From positions 62,001-111,221 of the forward strand of contig JBEKXF010000008.1 in the NCBI GenBank assembly GCA_049512315.1: a stretch of 49,221 nt of DNA, written 5' to 3'. The DNA comes from Candidatus Aminicenantales bacterium (GTDB taxonomy: Bacteria > Acidobacteriota > Aminicenantia > Aminicenantales > Saccharicenantaceae). Under the pieces are notes generated by a model. The model made no database searches, had not been told where the DNA came from, and saw only the letters and a program-made list of their open reading frames with translations. This document shows positions 25,671 through 35,772 of the stretch, piece after piece. How positions within the stretch are numbered: position 1 is the stretch's first letter; each line of letters opens with the position of its first letter. The translations under genes were made by a program, and so were the position numbers.

Positions 25671-27803
25671 ATGGACAAACGTATCCTGACCCTGACCCTG
25701 GCCCTCGGCTTGGCCCTCGTCACCGCTCCCGGGCCCCTCGCGGCCCAGAAGGAGCCCGCCCCTCCCGCCAAGCCCAAGACCGAAAAAAAACGGCCGGCTG
25801 GCGACGTCAAGAGCCTCGACCCTGTCTACCAGGAGTTTCTCAAACTCGTCACCTACATCATCAGCCCCAAGGAAAAGGAGGTTTTCCGGGAGCTTCCAGA
25901 TAACCGCGACCGCGACATCTTCATCGAGGACTTCTGGAAGATCCGCGACCCGACGCCCGGGACCCCGGCGAACGAATACAAGGAAGAGATCCTCAAGCGG
26001 TTCGAGCACGCCAACAAGTACTTCGCCGCCGGCCGGCCGGGCTGGATGACCGACCGCGGCCGGATCTGGATCATCCTGGGGGAACCGGTCAGCTACGACC
26101 GCTTCCCAGGGACAACGGGGATCGTCCCCTGCGAAGTCTGGTATTATTATACCGACGGGACCAAGAATCTCCCCACGCATTTCGGGCTGATCTTCTTTCA
26201 GAAAGGAGGTGCCGGGGAATACAAGCTTTACGACCCGTTCGTGGACGGGCCCAATAAGCTGCTCGAACCCTTGGCTAGCCTGCGAACCATCGACCCGGAC
26301 GATTACGAAACGATTCATAAGACGATCCAGCAGTTCGCTCCGACCCTGGCCAACATGGCGATCTCACTTATCCCGGGCGAGTTCGGCTACGGTTTCCAGC
26401 CCACCTCGCGGAGCACGGAGCTCCTCGCCGGCATCATAGAATCGCCCTATAAGGGCCTCAACCCGACCTATGCCACGCATTTCTTCGACTTCAAGGGCCT
26501 GGTCAGCACGGAATATATGACGAACTACATCGAGAACGACGGCCTGGCGACCGTCATCCGGGACCCCGGCCTCGACCTGCCCTTCGTCCATTTCAGCGTC
26601 GTCCCCCAGAAGCTCTCCGTGGATTACTACGAGGCCAAAGACCAGTATTACTGCAACTTCAAAGTCGATGTCAGCCTCCGGCGGGGAGAGGCGGTCGTCC
26701 TCCAATATTCCAAGGAATACGCGCTCTATTTCCCCGCGGCCGACATCGAGCGCGTCCGCCAGAACGGCATCGCCCTGGAAGACGCCTTCCCCGTCATTGA
26801 AGGGCAGTACAAGCTGACCGTCCTGGTCCAGAATGCCGTCGCCAAGGAATTCACCGTTATGGAACGGTCCCTCAGCGTCCCCAAGTCCGGCGGCCCTCCG
26901 TCCCTCAACGGCCCGTTCCTGGGCTACAAGCTGCGGACCTTCCCGCCCGACGTCCTCATCCCCTTCAAGACCGTGGACCGGAAGCTCGTCGTGGACCCCA
27001 AGATGAGCTTCGGGTCCGGCGATGAGATCGACGTCATGCTCTCCGTGGTCGACCTCCCCCGGGACCTCTGGCAGAGCGGGGAGGTCGAGCTGAGCCTGAA
27101 AGGCCTGGGCAAGACCCCGACCGTCCGGAATTACACCCTCCGCCTGGCCGAATCCCCGTACAACAAGGTCCTGTGCCTGACCCCGACTCTCGCCACCTCG
27201 GACCTCGTCCCGGACTATTATGAGCTCTCCGTGCGCCTAGTGGGAGCGGACAAGAAAGTCCTCGACGAGAGGAGCGCTCAGTTCGTCATCTCGGGCGAGA
27301 AGGCCATGGCCCATCCCATCGCCAACTCCAAGGGCTTTTCCCTGGCCAACGATTTCTACATCTATTACCAGCTGGCGCGCCAGTACGACAAGATGAATAT
27401 CAACGACCGGGCCGAAGCGAATTTCGCCAAGGGTCTGGCCAAGAATCCGGGCTACAAGGAGGGCGTCAGCGAGTACGCCCGCTTCCTGCTCAAGGTGGGC
27501 AAGTTCGACGAGGCCCTGACCGTCGTCGAGGGCCTCCAGGGCGTCGAGAAGGGCCGCTACGATTACTTCCTGATCAGGGGGCTGGCCGCGATGGGCAAGG
27601 GAGATTACGCGGCCGCCATCCAGGACCTCCTGGCGGCCAACAGGATCTACAACAGCGATACGGTCATGCTCAACGCCCTCGGGTCCTGCTTCCTCAAGAC
27701 CGGTCAAAAGGAGCAGGCCTTGAACGCCTTCCAGTCCTCCCTGAAGCTGAACGAGGCCCAGCCGGACATCAAGAAGACCGTTGAAGACCTGCTGAAGAAG
27801 TAG
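25671..27803 (+). CDS. GWxTD-domain protein with C-terminal TPRs
   Basis: FW..RDPTPGTPANEY...GWMTDRGRIWIILGEP; signal peptide; TPRs. Confidence 0.9.
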   Translation: MDKRILTLTLALGLALVTAPGPLAAQKEPAPPAKPKTEKKRPAGDVKSLDPVYQEFLKLVTYIISPKEKEVFRELPDNRDRDIFIEDFWKIRDPTPGTPANEYKEEILKRFEHANKYFAAGRPGWMTDRGRIWIILGEPVSYDRFPGTTGIVPCEVWYYYTDGTKNLPTHFGLIFFQKGGAGEYKLYDPFVDGPNKLLEPLASLRTIDPDDYETIHKTIQQFAPTLANMAISLIPGEFGYGFQPTSRSTELLAGIIESPYKGLNPTYATHFFDFKGLVSTEYMTNYIENDGLATVIRDPGLDLPFVHFSVVPQKLSVDYYEAKDQYYCNFKVDVSLRRGEAVVLQYSKEYALYFPAADIERVRQNGIALEDAFPVIEGQYKLTVLVQNAVAKEFTVMERSLSVPKSGGPPSLNGPFLGYKLRTFPPDVLIPFKTVDRKLVVDPKMSFGSGDEIDVMLSVVDLPRDLWQSGEVELSLKGLGKTPTVRNYTLRLAESPYNKVLCLTPTLATSDLVPDYYELSVRLVGADKKVLDERSAQFVISGEKAMAHPIANSKGFSLANDFYIYYQLARQYDKMNINDRAEANFAKGLAKNPGYKEGVSEYARFLLKVGKFDEALTVVEGLQGVEKGRYDYFLIRGLAAMGKGDYAAAIQDLLAANRIYNSDTVMLNALGSCFLKTGQKEQALNAFQSSLKLNEAQPDIKKTVEDLLKK

Positions 27804-27822
27804 GGCCGTCCGGTCCGGGCGC

Positions 27823-29904
27823 CTATCTCCTCCCCAGGATCTCGTCCACGAGCGGTTTCGCGTCGTAGATCTTGAGCAGCGCCTCGATGATCCCCTGGCC
27901 GTGGACCATGACCGACCGCGAGATCCTGTCCTCGTAGACGAACCGGGTTGGCAGGGACTGGATGTTGCCGTCGAAGAGGACCCCGACGAACTCCCCCTTC
28001 CGGTTGACGAGAGGCGAGCCCGAATTGCCGCCGATCGAGTCGCACGTCGAGACGAAGTTGATCGGCGTCGCGAGGTTGACGGCCTGTTTCTTCTTGAGGA
28101 AGCTCTCGGGCAGCTCGTAGGGGTTCTTGTTCCCGGCTTTCTGCGACTTCTCGTAGAGCCCGGCGAAGGTCGTTTCGTAGGGGACCTTCCTGCCGTTCTC
28201 GACATAGCTCTTGACGACCCCGAAACTCAGGCGCAGGGTCCCCGTGGCGTCGGGCGGGATGGACGTCCCCTCGAGCTTGAACATCGCCTGGGCGATCCGG
28301 GCGCCGTTCCGGGTTTCGACCGCATCAACCTCTTTTTCGTATTTCGCCCTGAGGCCGCGCGCGACGGGGTCGACGAGGAGGGCCAACTTGATCATAGGAT
28401 CCTGGCACTGATAGATCGCTTCGAGGCCGCCGTCCATGAGCTTTTTCCGGACCGAGACGTCCTTGAGCCTGGTCCCGGCGATGAGCTCGCGGGCCACGTC
28501 CTGAGGCGGGCGGCCGCCGAGGATCCATTTCGTCTCCTGCCAGTCGCCGAGCTCCTCCTGGAGCTGGGCCAGCGAGTCGGAGAGCTTCAGCGTCTCGAAC
28601 TCGTCATAGATGGGGGCGGGCGAGAGGATGCCCCGCACGACGGACGGCAACCCGGCGTCGCGGTACTCACGGAGCCGGTCGGCGTTCGGCTTGGGCTTTT
28701 CCATGGCCAGGCGAACGAGATTCCGGGCGATCGCGAAGTAGGTCGTGTAGAAGCCGTTGGCCCGCTCGAAGAAAACCATCGGCTTGTAGAACGAGGCATA
28801 GGCCTTCTCGGCCGCGGCGACCTCGTCCCAGGCGCCGCCGAACTGCTTCTCCAGGTCGGCGTTCTTGGCGACGGCCGCGCGCAGGGCCTGTTCGTCCTTG
28901 AACTTCTTGGCCATCAAGGACGCATCGAGCAGCCCCGACTGGTAGCCGATCGTCGCCTTGAGGCTGTTCTCGATGCCGAAGAGGTTCCGGAGGGCGATCC
29001 GGGCCTGCTCCTCGCCTTTCTTTCCGTATTCATGCATGTAGGCCTGGCGCCGCTTGTAGTTGGCGATGCTGAAGGGGTAGCTCGTGTCGCGGAGGAAATC
29101 GAGCTGGGCGGTGGTTAGGAGGCGGCCCGTCGAGCCGGGATGGCCGGAGCAGAAGACGAGGTCGCCCTCCCGGATCCCTTTCGTCGACCACTTGATGTAG
29201 TTGTCGCTCTTGAACGGCTGGCCGTTCTCGTAGATGCGGAAGAGGGTGATGTCGAGGTCGTAACGGGGGTAGGTGAAGTTATCCGGGTCTCCGCCGAAGA
29301 AAGCCGCGAGATATTCGGGGGCGAAGACGAGCCGGATATCGTTGTAGAGCTTGTACTTGTAGAGATGATACATCCCCCCGGCATAAAGCGTGACGACGAC
29401 GCCGCGAAGGCCGCTCTTCTCGGTCGTCTCCTTTTCCAGGGCCGCGATGACCTTGCCGCGGGCGTCAGCGGCTTCCGCAGGGGTCATGCCGGGCTTCTCG
29501 GTGCCGAGGATCCTGTCGGTGACGTCCTCGATATCCTGGAGGACCCGGAGCTCCATGCCCGGGACCTTGAGCTCCTCGGCCCTGGTCCGGGCGTAGAAGC
29601 CCGTCTTCATCAGGTCGCGGTCTTTCGTCGAAAGGTTCTGGACCGCGCCTTGTCCGACGTGGTGGTTGGTCAGGACCAGGCCGTCGGAAGAGATGAAGGA
29701 GCCGGACGCGCCCCCGAACGAGATCGAGGAGAGGCGGAGGTGGTCCATGAACTCCGGGGTCACGGCGAAGCCGTATTTTTTCTGGATCAGGTCCTTGGGC
29801 GGCTTGTTAAAGAGCCACATCCCCTCGTCGGCGAAGATCGGCAGGACGAGAAGGACGGCCAGAAAGAGGGCCGGGACGAAGCATCGGGTCGCGGGTTTTT
29901 TCAT
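27823..29904 (-). CDS. S46-family peptidase (dipeptidyl peptidase 7/11-like)
   Basis: ADEGMW, LTNHH, FGGDPDNF.YPR, PDATGTLRLSFG, DSIGGNSGSP. Confidence 0.95.
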   Translation of the reverse strand: MKKPATRCFVPALFLAVLLVLPIFADEGMWLFNKPPKDLIQKKYGFAVTPEFMDHLRLSSISFGGASGSFISSDGLVLTNHHVGQGAVQNLSTKDRDLMKTGFYARTRAEELKVPGMELRVLQDIEDVTDRILGTEKPGMTPAEAADARGKVIAALEKETTEKSGLRGVVVTLYAGGMYHLYKYKLYNDIRLVFAPEYLAAFFGGDPDNFTYPRYDLDITLFRIYENGQPFKSDNYIKWSTKGIREGDLVFCSGHPGSTGRLLTTAQLDFLRDTSYPFSIANYKRRQAYMHEYGKKGEEQARIALRNLFGIENSLKATIGYQSGLLDASLMAKKFKDEQALRAAVAKNADLEKQFGGAWDEVAAAEKAYASFYKPMVFFERANGFYTTYFAIARNLVRLAMEKPKPNADRLREYRDAGLPSVVRGILSPAPIYDEFETLKLSDSLAQLQEELGDWQETKWILGGRPPQDVARELIAGTRLKDVSVRKKLMDGGLEAIYQCQDPMIKLALLVDPVARGLRAKYEKEVDAVETRNGARIAQAMFKLEGTSIPPDATGTLRLSFGVVKSYVENGRKVPYETTFAGLYEKSQKAGNKNPYELPESFLKKKQAVNLATPINFVSTCDSIGGNSGSPLVNRKGEFVGVLFDGNIQSLPTRFVYEDRISRSVMVHGQGIIEALLKIYDAKPLVDEILGRR

Positions 29905-30002
29905 GCGGGTCGACTCCTTTCGAGGGACTGAAGGGGCTTATTATGCCCCAGTCGCCGGGAAAATTCAAAAGGGAATCCCGTGGGCGGGGTCCGGCTGACG
30001 AT

Positions 30003-31811
30003 TCAGGGCCGGCGGAGTTTTTCCAGGACCGCGTGGGCCGACTTTTTGCCGACGGCGTGTGCCAGATCCTCGGCCGCCGCCGCCCGGATCTCTTCCAGGC
30101 TTTTATATTTCGATAAGAGCGCCGACTTTTTCTTTGGCCCGAGGCCGGGGATGCCGTCGAGCTCGGAGGCGAAGCTCCGCTTCTCGCGGCGGCCGCGGTG
30201 GAAGGTGATGGCGAAGCGGTGGGCCTCGTCGCGGATGGCCTGGACAAGTTTGAGCGCGGGGGAGGTCCGAGCGAGCCGGATCCCTTCCTTGTGATCGGGG
30301 CTGAAAAGGATTTCCTCCCGCTTGGCGATCGAAACGAGAGGGACGCTGCTGATCCCGAGGTCCCCCAGAGCTTTCTCCGCGGCGGCCAGCTGGCCCTTCC
30401 CCCCGTCCACCATGATCAGGTCGGGGAGGGGCCGGCTTTCCTCGACGCGCCGCCGGTACCTCCGGCCGATGACTTCCTCCAGGCTGGCGACATCGTTCGG
30501 GCCCTCGACCGTCCGGACCTTGAATTTCCTGTACTCATCTGCGTCGGGACGGCCGTCCCTGAAGACGACCATGGAGCCGACGGGTTCCTCGCCGCCCGTG
30601 TTGGAGATGTCAAAACCCTCGATCCTCCGGGGCAGGGAAGCCAGGCCGAGGACGCGCTTCAATTCCTCGAGAGGCAGGAGGTCGCGGTCCCTCTTTTCGA
30701 GGAAGGCCTCCGCGTTCCGGTTGGCGAGGTCGATGAGCTTGCTGCCCTTGCCCGACAGGGGGACTGCAACTCGGGTCCCGCCGGCGGCTCGCGGCTGCCG
30801 GGCCCCGGCTTCTCTGACTCCTCCCAGAAAGACCTCGAGCTCGCCCTGCCCTTCGATCGGAAAGGGGAGGAGCAGGCGGGCCGGCCTCTCCCGCGATCCG
30901 TAGAATCCGGGCAGGAAACGACCCAGGATTTCCCCGTCTGCCGACCCGACCTCTGCCGCGAGCTGGGCGCTGACCGAATCCCGGATCTTGCCTTGGCGCA
31001 TGAAGAAGATGTAAACGGCGGCCTGGTCATCCTTCCGGGCATAGCCTACGACGTCCTGGTCTTCGAGGGCCACCGAAATGGCCCGTGGCCGTTCCTTGAT
31101 GTCCTCGATCGTCCTGAGGATATCGCGCCATCTGGCGGCCGCTTCGAAATTCTGGCCCGCGGCCGCCTCCTCCATTCTCTTCTTCAGGGCCCCGGCCAGC
31201 TCCCGGGTCCGGCCCTCGAGAAAGAGGCAGGCGTTCTCGACGTCGTTCCGGTAGTCCGCCTCGGAAATGCATCCGACGCACGGGGCCGAACAGAGTTTGA
31301 GGTCGTACTCGAGGCACGGCCGCTTCCTGCCCTGGAAGACCGCGTCCTCGCATCCCCGGACACCGAAATACTTGTTGACCAGGTGGATCGACGTCCGGGC
31401 CCGGTGGGCGGGGCTGAACGGGCCGAAATAGCGTGATCGCTTCTCGCCGACCTTCCGGCTGAAGTAGATCCCCGGGTATTTCTCTCCGGACGTCACCTTG
31501 AGGTAGGGGAAGCTCTTGTCGTCCTTGAGCCGGAGGTTGAACCGGGGCTGGTGCTGCTGGACGTAATTGTTCTCGAGGAAAGCGGCTTCCTTTTCCGACC
31601 CCGTCAGGATGTACTCGACATCGGTCGTTTCGCGGAGAATGTTCCGGACCTTGTCGTCCGGGTTTGGCAGGAAGTATGACCGGACCCTGTCGCGGAGGGA
31701 GCGGGCCTTGCCAATGTAAACGACCTCGCCGGCCGCATTCTTGAAAAAATAAATGCCCGGCTTGCCGGGGAGACCGGCCGCCTTCTCTCTCAATGTGTCG
31801 TGTTCGCTCAT
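30003..31811 (-). CDS. uvrC: Excinuclease ABC subunit C
   Basis: GIY-YIG (PGIYFFK...YIGKA), IEGFDIS, DGGKGQL, IRDEAHRFAI, HhH. Confidence 0.97.
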   Translation of the reverse strand: MSEHDTLREKAAGLPGKPGIYFFKNAAGEVVYIGKARSLRDRVRSYFLPNPDDKVRNILRETTDVEYILTGSEKEAAFLENNYVQQHQPRFNLRLKDDKSFPYLKVTSGEKYPGIYFSRKVGEKRSRYFGPFSPAHRARTSIHLVNKYFGVRGCEDAVFQGRKRPCLEYDLKLCSAPCVGCISEADYRNDVENACLFLEGRTRELAGALKKRMEEAAAGQNFEAAARWRDILRTIEDIKERPRAISVALEDQDVVGYARKDDQAAVYIFFMRQGKIRDSVSAQLAAEVGSADGEILGRFLPGFYGSRERPARLLLPFPIEGQGELEVFLGGVREAGARQPRAAGGTRVAVPLSGKGSKLIDLANRNAEAFLEKRDRDLLPLEELKRVLGLASLPRRIEGFDISNTGGEEPVGSMVVFRDGRPDADEYRKFKVRTVEGPNDVASLEEVIGRRYRRRVEESRPLPDLIMVDGGKGQLAAAEKALGDLGISSVPLVSIAKREEILFSPDHKEGIRLARTSPALKLVQAIRDEAHRFAITFHRGRREKRSFASELDGIPGLGPKKKSALLSKYKSLEEIRAAAAEDLAHAVGKKSAHAVLEKLRRP

Positions 31812-31839
31812 CCAAGGACCCTCAACATCCGGGGGGCCA

Positions 31840-33834
31840 TCACAGCCCGAGCTCCAGCTCGCGCTTCTTCAGCTTGTTGAGTTCATCGCGGAACTGCGCG
31901 GCCCTCTCAAAGTCGAGGGCCTTGGCCGCTTCCTTCATCAGCTTCTCGAGCTCCTCCATCCTCTTCTTTCTTTTCAACGGTGAGAGGTAGATATCCTTAT
32001 CCTCGGAGATCTTGGTGTAATCCAGGTAATCGCGCTCGTAGACGCTAGTCAGCAGCTCGTCGATGCCCTTGATGATCGTCTGGGGCGTGATGCCGTTCCG
32101 GCGGTTGTATTCCTCCTGGATCCCGCGGCGGCGGCCGGTCTCCTCGATGGCCGCCTTCATGGAGTCCGTCATCGTGTCGGCGTAAAGAATGGCCTTGCCG
32201 GCGACATTCCGGGCCGCCCGGCCGAAGGTCTGGATGAGGGACGTCCCGGACCGGAGGAACCCTTCCTTGTCGGCGTCGAGGATGGCGACGAGCGAAACCT
32301 CGGGCAGGTCCAGGCCCTCCCGAAGGAGGTTGATGCCGATGAGGGCGTCGAATTTCCCTTTCCGCAGGTCCCTCAAAATATTCACCCGGTCGAGGGTCTC
32401 GATCTCCGAATGGAGGTAGCGAACGCGCAGCCCGAGCTCATGATAGTGGCGGGTCAGGTCCTCGGCCATCTTCTTGGTCAAGGTCGTGACCAGTGTCCTC
32501 TCGCTTTTCTTCGCCCGGCCCCGGATCTCGCCCATGAGATCGTCGACCTGGCCCCTGATGGGCCGGATCTCGATCTCCGGGTCGGTCAGGCCGGTCGGCC
32601 GGATGAGCTGCTCCACGACATGCCCGGGTGATTTCTTGAGCTCGTAGACGCCGGGAGTGGCCGAAACGTAGATGGTCTGCTTGACCCGGCCCTCGAACTC
32701 GTCGAAGTTCAGGGGCCGGTTGTCGAGGGCCGAGGGCAGACGGAAGCCGTGTTCGAGGAGCGTCAGTTTCCGCGACCGGTCACCGAAGTACATGCCGCCG
32801 ATCTGGGGGACGGTGACGTGGGACTCGTCGATGATGGTCAGGAAGTCGGCTGGGAAATAATCGAGAAGCGTATACGGGGGCTCTCCGGGTTGGCGGCCGG
32901 TGAGATGGCGGGAATAGTTCTCGATGCCCGGGCAATAGCCGAACTCCCGGAGCATCTCCAAATCGTAGAGGGTGCGCTCCTCGATCCGCTCGGCCTCGAC
33001 GAACTGGCCCCGGCTGCGGAAATATCCGACCCGTTCGGCGAGCTCCTGCTCGATGCCGGCCACGGCGCCCCGGAGGGTTTCGATGGGCGTCGAGAAGAAC
33101 GTCCGGGGGTGGATCATGACTTTCTCGAGGCTTTCGCGCTTTTTCCCGAGCAGAGGGTCGACGGCGGTGATCTCCCTGACCCGGCCGTCCTCGAGCCCGA
33201 TCCGGTAGGCCGAGTCCTCGTAGCTCGGGAAAACCTCGATGATGTCGCCGCGGACGCGGAAGCTGCCGCGCTTGAATTCCCCCTCCGCGCGCTCGTACTG
33301 GATCGAGACCAGCTTCTTCAGGAGGGCCTTGCGGCCGATCGCTTCGTCCAGGGCCAGGCTGAAGCTCATGGAGTAGTAGGTTTCCGGCGCCCCGATGCCG
33401 TAGATGCAGGAGACCGAGGCGACGATGATCACGTCGCGGCGGGCAAAGAGCGAGTTGGTGGCGCAGAGGCGGAGGCGATCGATCTCGTCGTTGATGGTCG
33501 CTTCCTTGGCGATATAGGTGTTGGAGGCCGGGATGAAAGCCTCGGGCTGGTAGTAGTCGTAGTAGCTGACGAAGTATTCGACCGCGTTCTTCGGGAAGAA
33601 GCGCCGGAACTCCTGGTAGAGCTGGGCGGCGAGAGTCTTGTTGTGGGAGATGACGAGGACCGGCCGATTGACCTTTTCGATGATGTTGGCCATGGTGAAG
33701 GTCTTGCCGGAGCCGGTGACGCCCTTGAGGACCTGGTGGCGCTCGCCGGATTCCAGGCCCTGGGACAGCCGCTCGATCGCCTGGACCTGGTCCCCCTTGG
33801 GAGTGAAATCGGAAACGAGCTCGAAGCGGCGCAT
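31840..33834 (-). CDS. uvrB: Excinuclease ABC subunit B
   Basis: [40 protein letters not shown] domain. Confidence 0.98.
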   Translation of the reverse strand: MRRFELVSDFTPKGDQVQAIERLSQGLESGERHQVLKGVTGSGKTFTMANIIEKVNRPVLVISHNKTLAAQLYQEFRRFFPKNAVEYFVSYYDYYQPEAFIPASNTYIAKEATINDEIDRLRLCATNSLFARRDVIIVASVSCIYGIGAPETYYSMSFSLALDEAIGRKALLKKLVSIQYERAEGEFKRGSFRVRGDIIEVFPSYEDSAYRIGLEDGRVREITAVDPLLGKKRESLEKVMIHPRTFFSTPIETLRGAVAGIEQELAERVGYFRSRGQFVEAERIEERTLYDLEMLREFGYCPGIENYSRHLTGRQPGEPPYTLLDYFPADFLTIIDESHVTVPQIGGMYFGDRSRKLTLLEHGFRLPSALDNRPLNFDEFEGRVKQTIYVSATPGVYELKKSPGHVVEQLIRPTGLTDPEIEIRPIRGQVDDLMGEIRGRAKKSERTLVTTLTKKMAEDLTRHYHELGLRVRYLHSEIETLDRVNILRDLRKGKFDALIGINLLREGLDLPEVSLVAILDADKEGFLRSGTSLIQTFGRAARNVAGKAILYADTMTDSMKAAIEETGRRRGIQEEYNRRNGITPQTIIKGIDELLTSVYERDYLDYTKISEDKDIYLSPLKRKKRMEELEKLMKEAAKALDFERAAQFRDELNKLKKRELELGL

Positions 33835-33866
33835 CAGAGCCTATTATACCAGAGGAGCGGGAGGGC

Positions 33867-34241
33867 TCAGCCCTTTTCGATCTTGATGCCGCCCTTGAAG
33901 CGGGCGCCGTTCGAGATGCTGATCTTCGCCGTCTGGATGTCACCCCTCATCTGCGCGGTCTCGGAGATCATGACCCGCTCGGCGGCGGCGACGGGGCCGC
34001 TGAGCTCGCCGTGAACCGTCAGGCTGCGGACCCGGACTTCGGCCTCGACCTTGGCCCCCCGGGCAATGGTCAGGGAGCCGGAGGGAAGGGTGATCTTGCC
34101 CTGGAATCGTCCTTCGATGACCACGTCCTCGTGTCCCTCCAGGCTGCCCGTGAAAGAGAGGGTGGAGCCGAGCCGGGTTTCGCCCGGGTGGCGGGAATGG
34201 TCGGGGGACGCCGGATTGGACTGGTGATCTTCTTTGGCCAT
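33867..34241 (-). CDS. Bactofilin (polymer-forming cytoskeletal protein)
   Basis: LGSTLSFTGSL....DVVIEGRFQGKI...VHGELSG...MRGDIQT..ISISNGARFKG. Confidence 0.88.
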   Translation of the reverse strand: MAKEDHQSNPASPDHSRHPGETRLGSTLSFTGSLEGHEDVVIEGRFQGKITLPSGSLTIARGAKVEAEVRVRSLTVHGELSGPVAAAERVMISETAQMRGDIQTAKISISNGARFKGGIKIEKG

Positions 34242-34296
34242 GGCTTCATCCTTCCATTGGGCCCGATGGACCGGATTATAACGGCCCCGCGCGGTT

Positions 34297-34324
34297 TTGA
34301 CAAGATGGGGATTTATGCTAGAAT
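34297..34324 (+). promoter_or_regulatory. sigma70-type promoter of tRNA-Gly
   Basis: TTGACA-N16-TAGAAT with extended TG. Confidence 0.75.
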
Positions 34325-34349
34325 TCGGTCTCCATCGAGGAGCTCGAGA

Positions 34350-34424
34350 GCGGGCATAGCTCAATGGTAGAGTACCGGCTTCCCAAGCCGGGTGTTGTGG
34401 GTTCGAGTCCCATTGCCCGCTCCA
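34350..34424 (+). tRNA. tRNA-Gly (CCC)
   Basis: Acceptor GCGGGCA/TGCCCGC, anticodon loop TTCCCAA, TTCGAGT T-loop, encoded CCA. Confidence 0.97.
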
Positions 34425-34433
34425 TTTTTTTCC

Positions 34434-35255
34434 ATGACCATGAGACTCTGGAAGCTTCTGATCGAACCGGGACCCCTGGCAGGGGACTGGAACATGGCTG
34501 TGGACGAGTTCCTCTTCCGTCGCGTCGAGGCGGAACCCGCGACCTATCTGCGCTTTTATCAATGGGATAAGCCCACGGCCTCGCTGGGGTACTCCCAGGC
34601 CGTCCCCAAGGTCATCGACCTCGATTTCTGTCGGCGCCATGGGATCGGGGTCGTCCGCCGGATCACGGGCGGAAAGCTCGTCCTGCACGACCGTGAAGTG
34701 ACCTACGCCGTCGCTTCGTCGGACGCCGAGATCTTCACCGAAACGCTCCGCGATTCCTACCAGCTCATCTCCAAGGCGCTGATGAGGGGGCTCGAGCTCA
34801 TGGGCCTCGCCCCCGGGATGGCCGAGACCTCGCCGCCGGCCTACATCAGGGGTGTCATGCCCTGTTTCGCCCTCCCGGCCAGGGACGAGATCGAGATCGG
34901 GGGGAAAAAGATCATCGGCAGTGCCCAGAAGAGGACGGGTGCCGCCTTCCTCCAGCACGGATCGATCCCCCTCGAGAAAGACGATGGCCTCCTGGCCGCG
35001 GTTGCGGCGCCGGGGGCCAAGGCGCAGAAGGCGGCATCGCCTGCGGCGGGGGAGCCGGGCATGACCTCGCTTTCCGAAGCGCTGGGCCGGGCGGCTGATT
35101 TCAGCTGGGCCGTCGAGCACCTCTGCCGGGGTTTTTCGGACTTTTTCGGGGTCGCCTTCGAGCCGTTCGCGCTGGGCCCCGAGGACCGTGAGGCCGTGGC
35201 CGCGCTCCGGGACTCCCGTTACGCTAGTGATGCCTGGACCTTCCGGAATCCTTAA
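34434..35255 (+). CDS. Lipoate-protein ligase A family / LipM-like octanoyltransferase
   Basis: NMAVDE, LRFYQW..PTASLG, VRRITGG..VLH, KIIGSAQ, LQHGSI; start 34434 or 34440. Confidence 0.9.
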   Translation: MTMRLWKLLIEPGPLAGDWNMAVDEFLFRRVEAEPATYLRFYQWDKPTASLGYSQAVPKVIDLDFCRRHGIGVVRRITGGKLVLHDREVTYAVASSDAEIFTETLRDSYQLISKALMRGLELMGLAPGMAETSPPAYIRGVMPCFALPARDEIEIGGKKIIGSAQKRTGAAFLQHGSIPLEKDDGLLAAVAAPGAKAQKAASPAAGEPGMTSLSEALGRAADFSWAVEHLCRGFSDFFGVAFEPFALGPEDREAVAALRDSRYASDAWTFRNP

Positions 35256-35257
35256 AA

Positions 35258-35283
35258 TGGGGACACAATACTCATTTCCGAAT
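35258..35283 (+). repeat. REP-like repeat, left arm of inverted pair
   Basis: TGGGGACACAATACTCATTTCCGAAT; 24/26 identical to the reverse complement of 35745-35770. Confidence 0.85.
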
Positions 35284-35319
35284 ATTGGCCATCATCTGAT
35301 TCGCGGTTGAGAACATCTC

Positions 35320-35685
35320 ATGGAATTCGAAGAGCGGGTCAAGGGCTTTATTAAAATGATTCCACGAGGTAAGGTCGCGACTTACGCCCAGATCGCGGCC
35401 CTGGCCGGCAATTACCGGGCGGCCCGTCAGGTGGCTCGGGTCCTTCACGCGTCCTCCGGGAAAGACCGGCTCCCCTGGCAGCGGGTCATCAACAGTCGCG
35501 GCGGGGTCTCCCTCAAGCGCGGCCGGGGCTTCGAGGAGCAAAAGCGGCTCCTCGGGAGAGAGGGTGTGAGCGTCAACCGGAAGGGCAGGGTCGATCTGAC
35601 ATCATTTCAATGGGAGCCGCCCGGGCTTCCGTCTAAGGCCGCGAAGGAGTTTATTCGCAAGCTCACAGCAGAGCGGAAAAATTGA
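35320..35685 (+). CDS. Alkyltransferase-like (ATL) MGMT-family protein
   Basis: IPRGKVATYAQIA, PWQRV (Trp in place of the PCHR Cys), QKRLLGREGV. Confidence 0.9.
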   Translation: MEFEERVKGFIKMIPRGKVATYAQIAALAGNYRAARQVARVLHASSGKDRLPWQRVINSRGGVSLKRGRGFEEQKRLLGREGVSVNRKGRVDLTSFQWEPPGLPSKAAKEFIRKLTAERKN

Positions 35686-35744
35686 GCAGGTCAACTGCAG
35701 AAAAGAGCCAAGACGATCCCTATTATTCGAGCGGCAGGCCGTTA

Positions 35745-35770
35745 ATTCGGAAATGCGTATTATGTCCCCA
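35745..35770 (-). repeat. REP-like repeat, right arm of inverted pair
   Basis: Reverse complement TGGGGACATAATACGCATTTCCGAAT. Confidence 0.85.
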
Positions 35771-35772
35771 AA

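Noticed and set aside
34242..35120. N-terminal extension of the bactofilin ORF
   Set aside because: Overlaps tRNA-Gly and the lipoate ligase antisense; bactofilin likely starts at 34241
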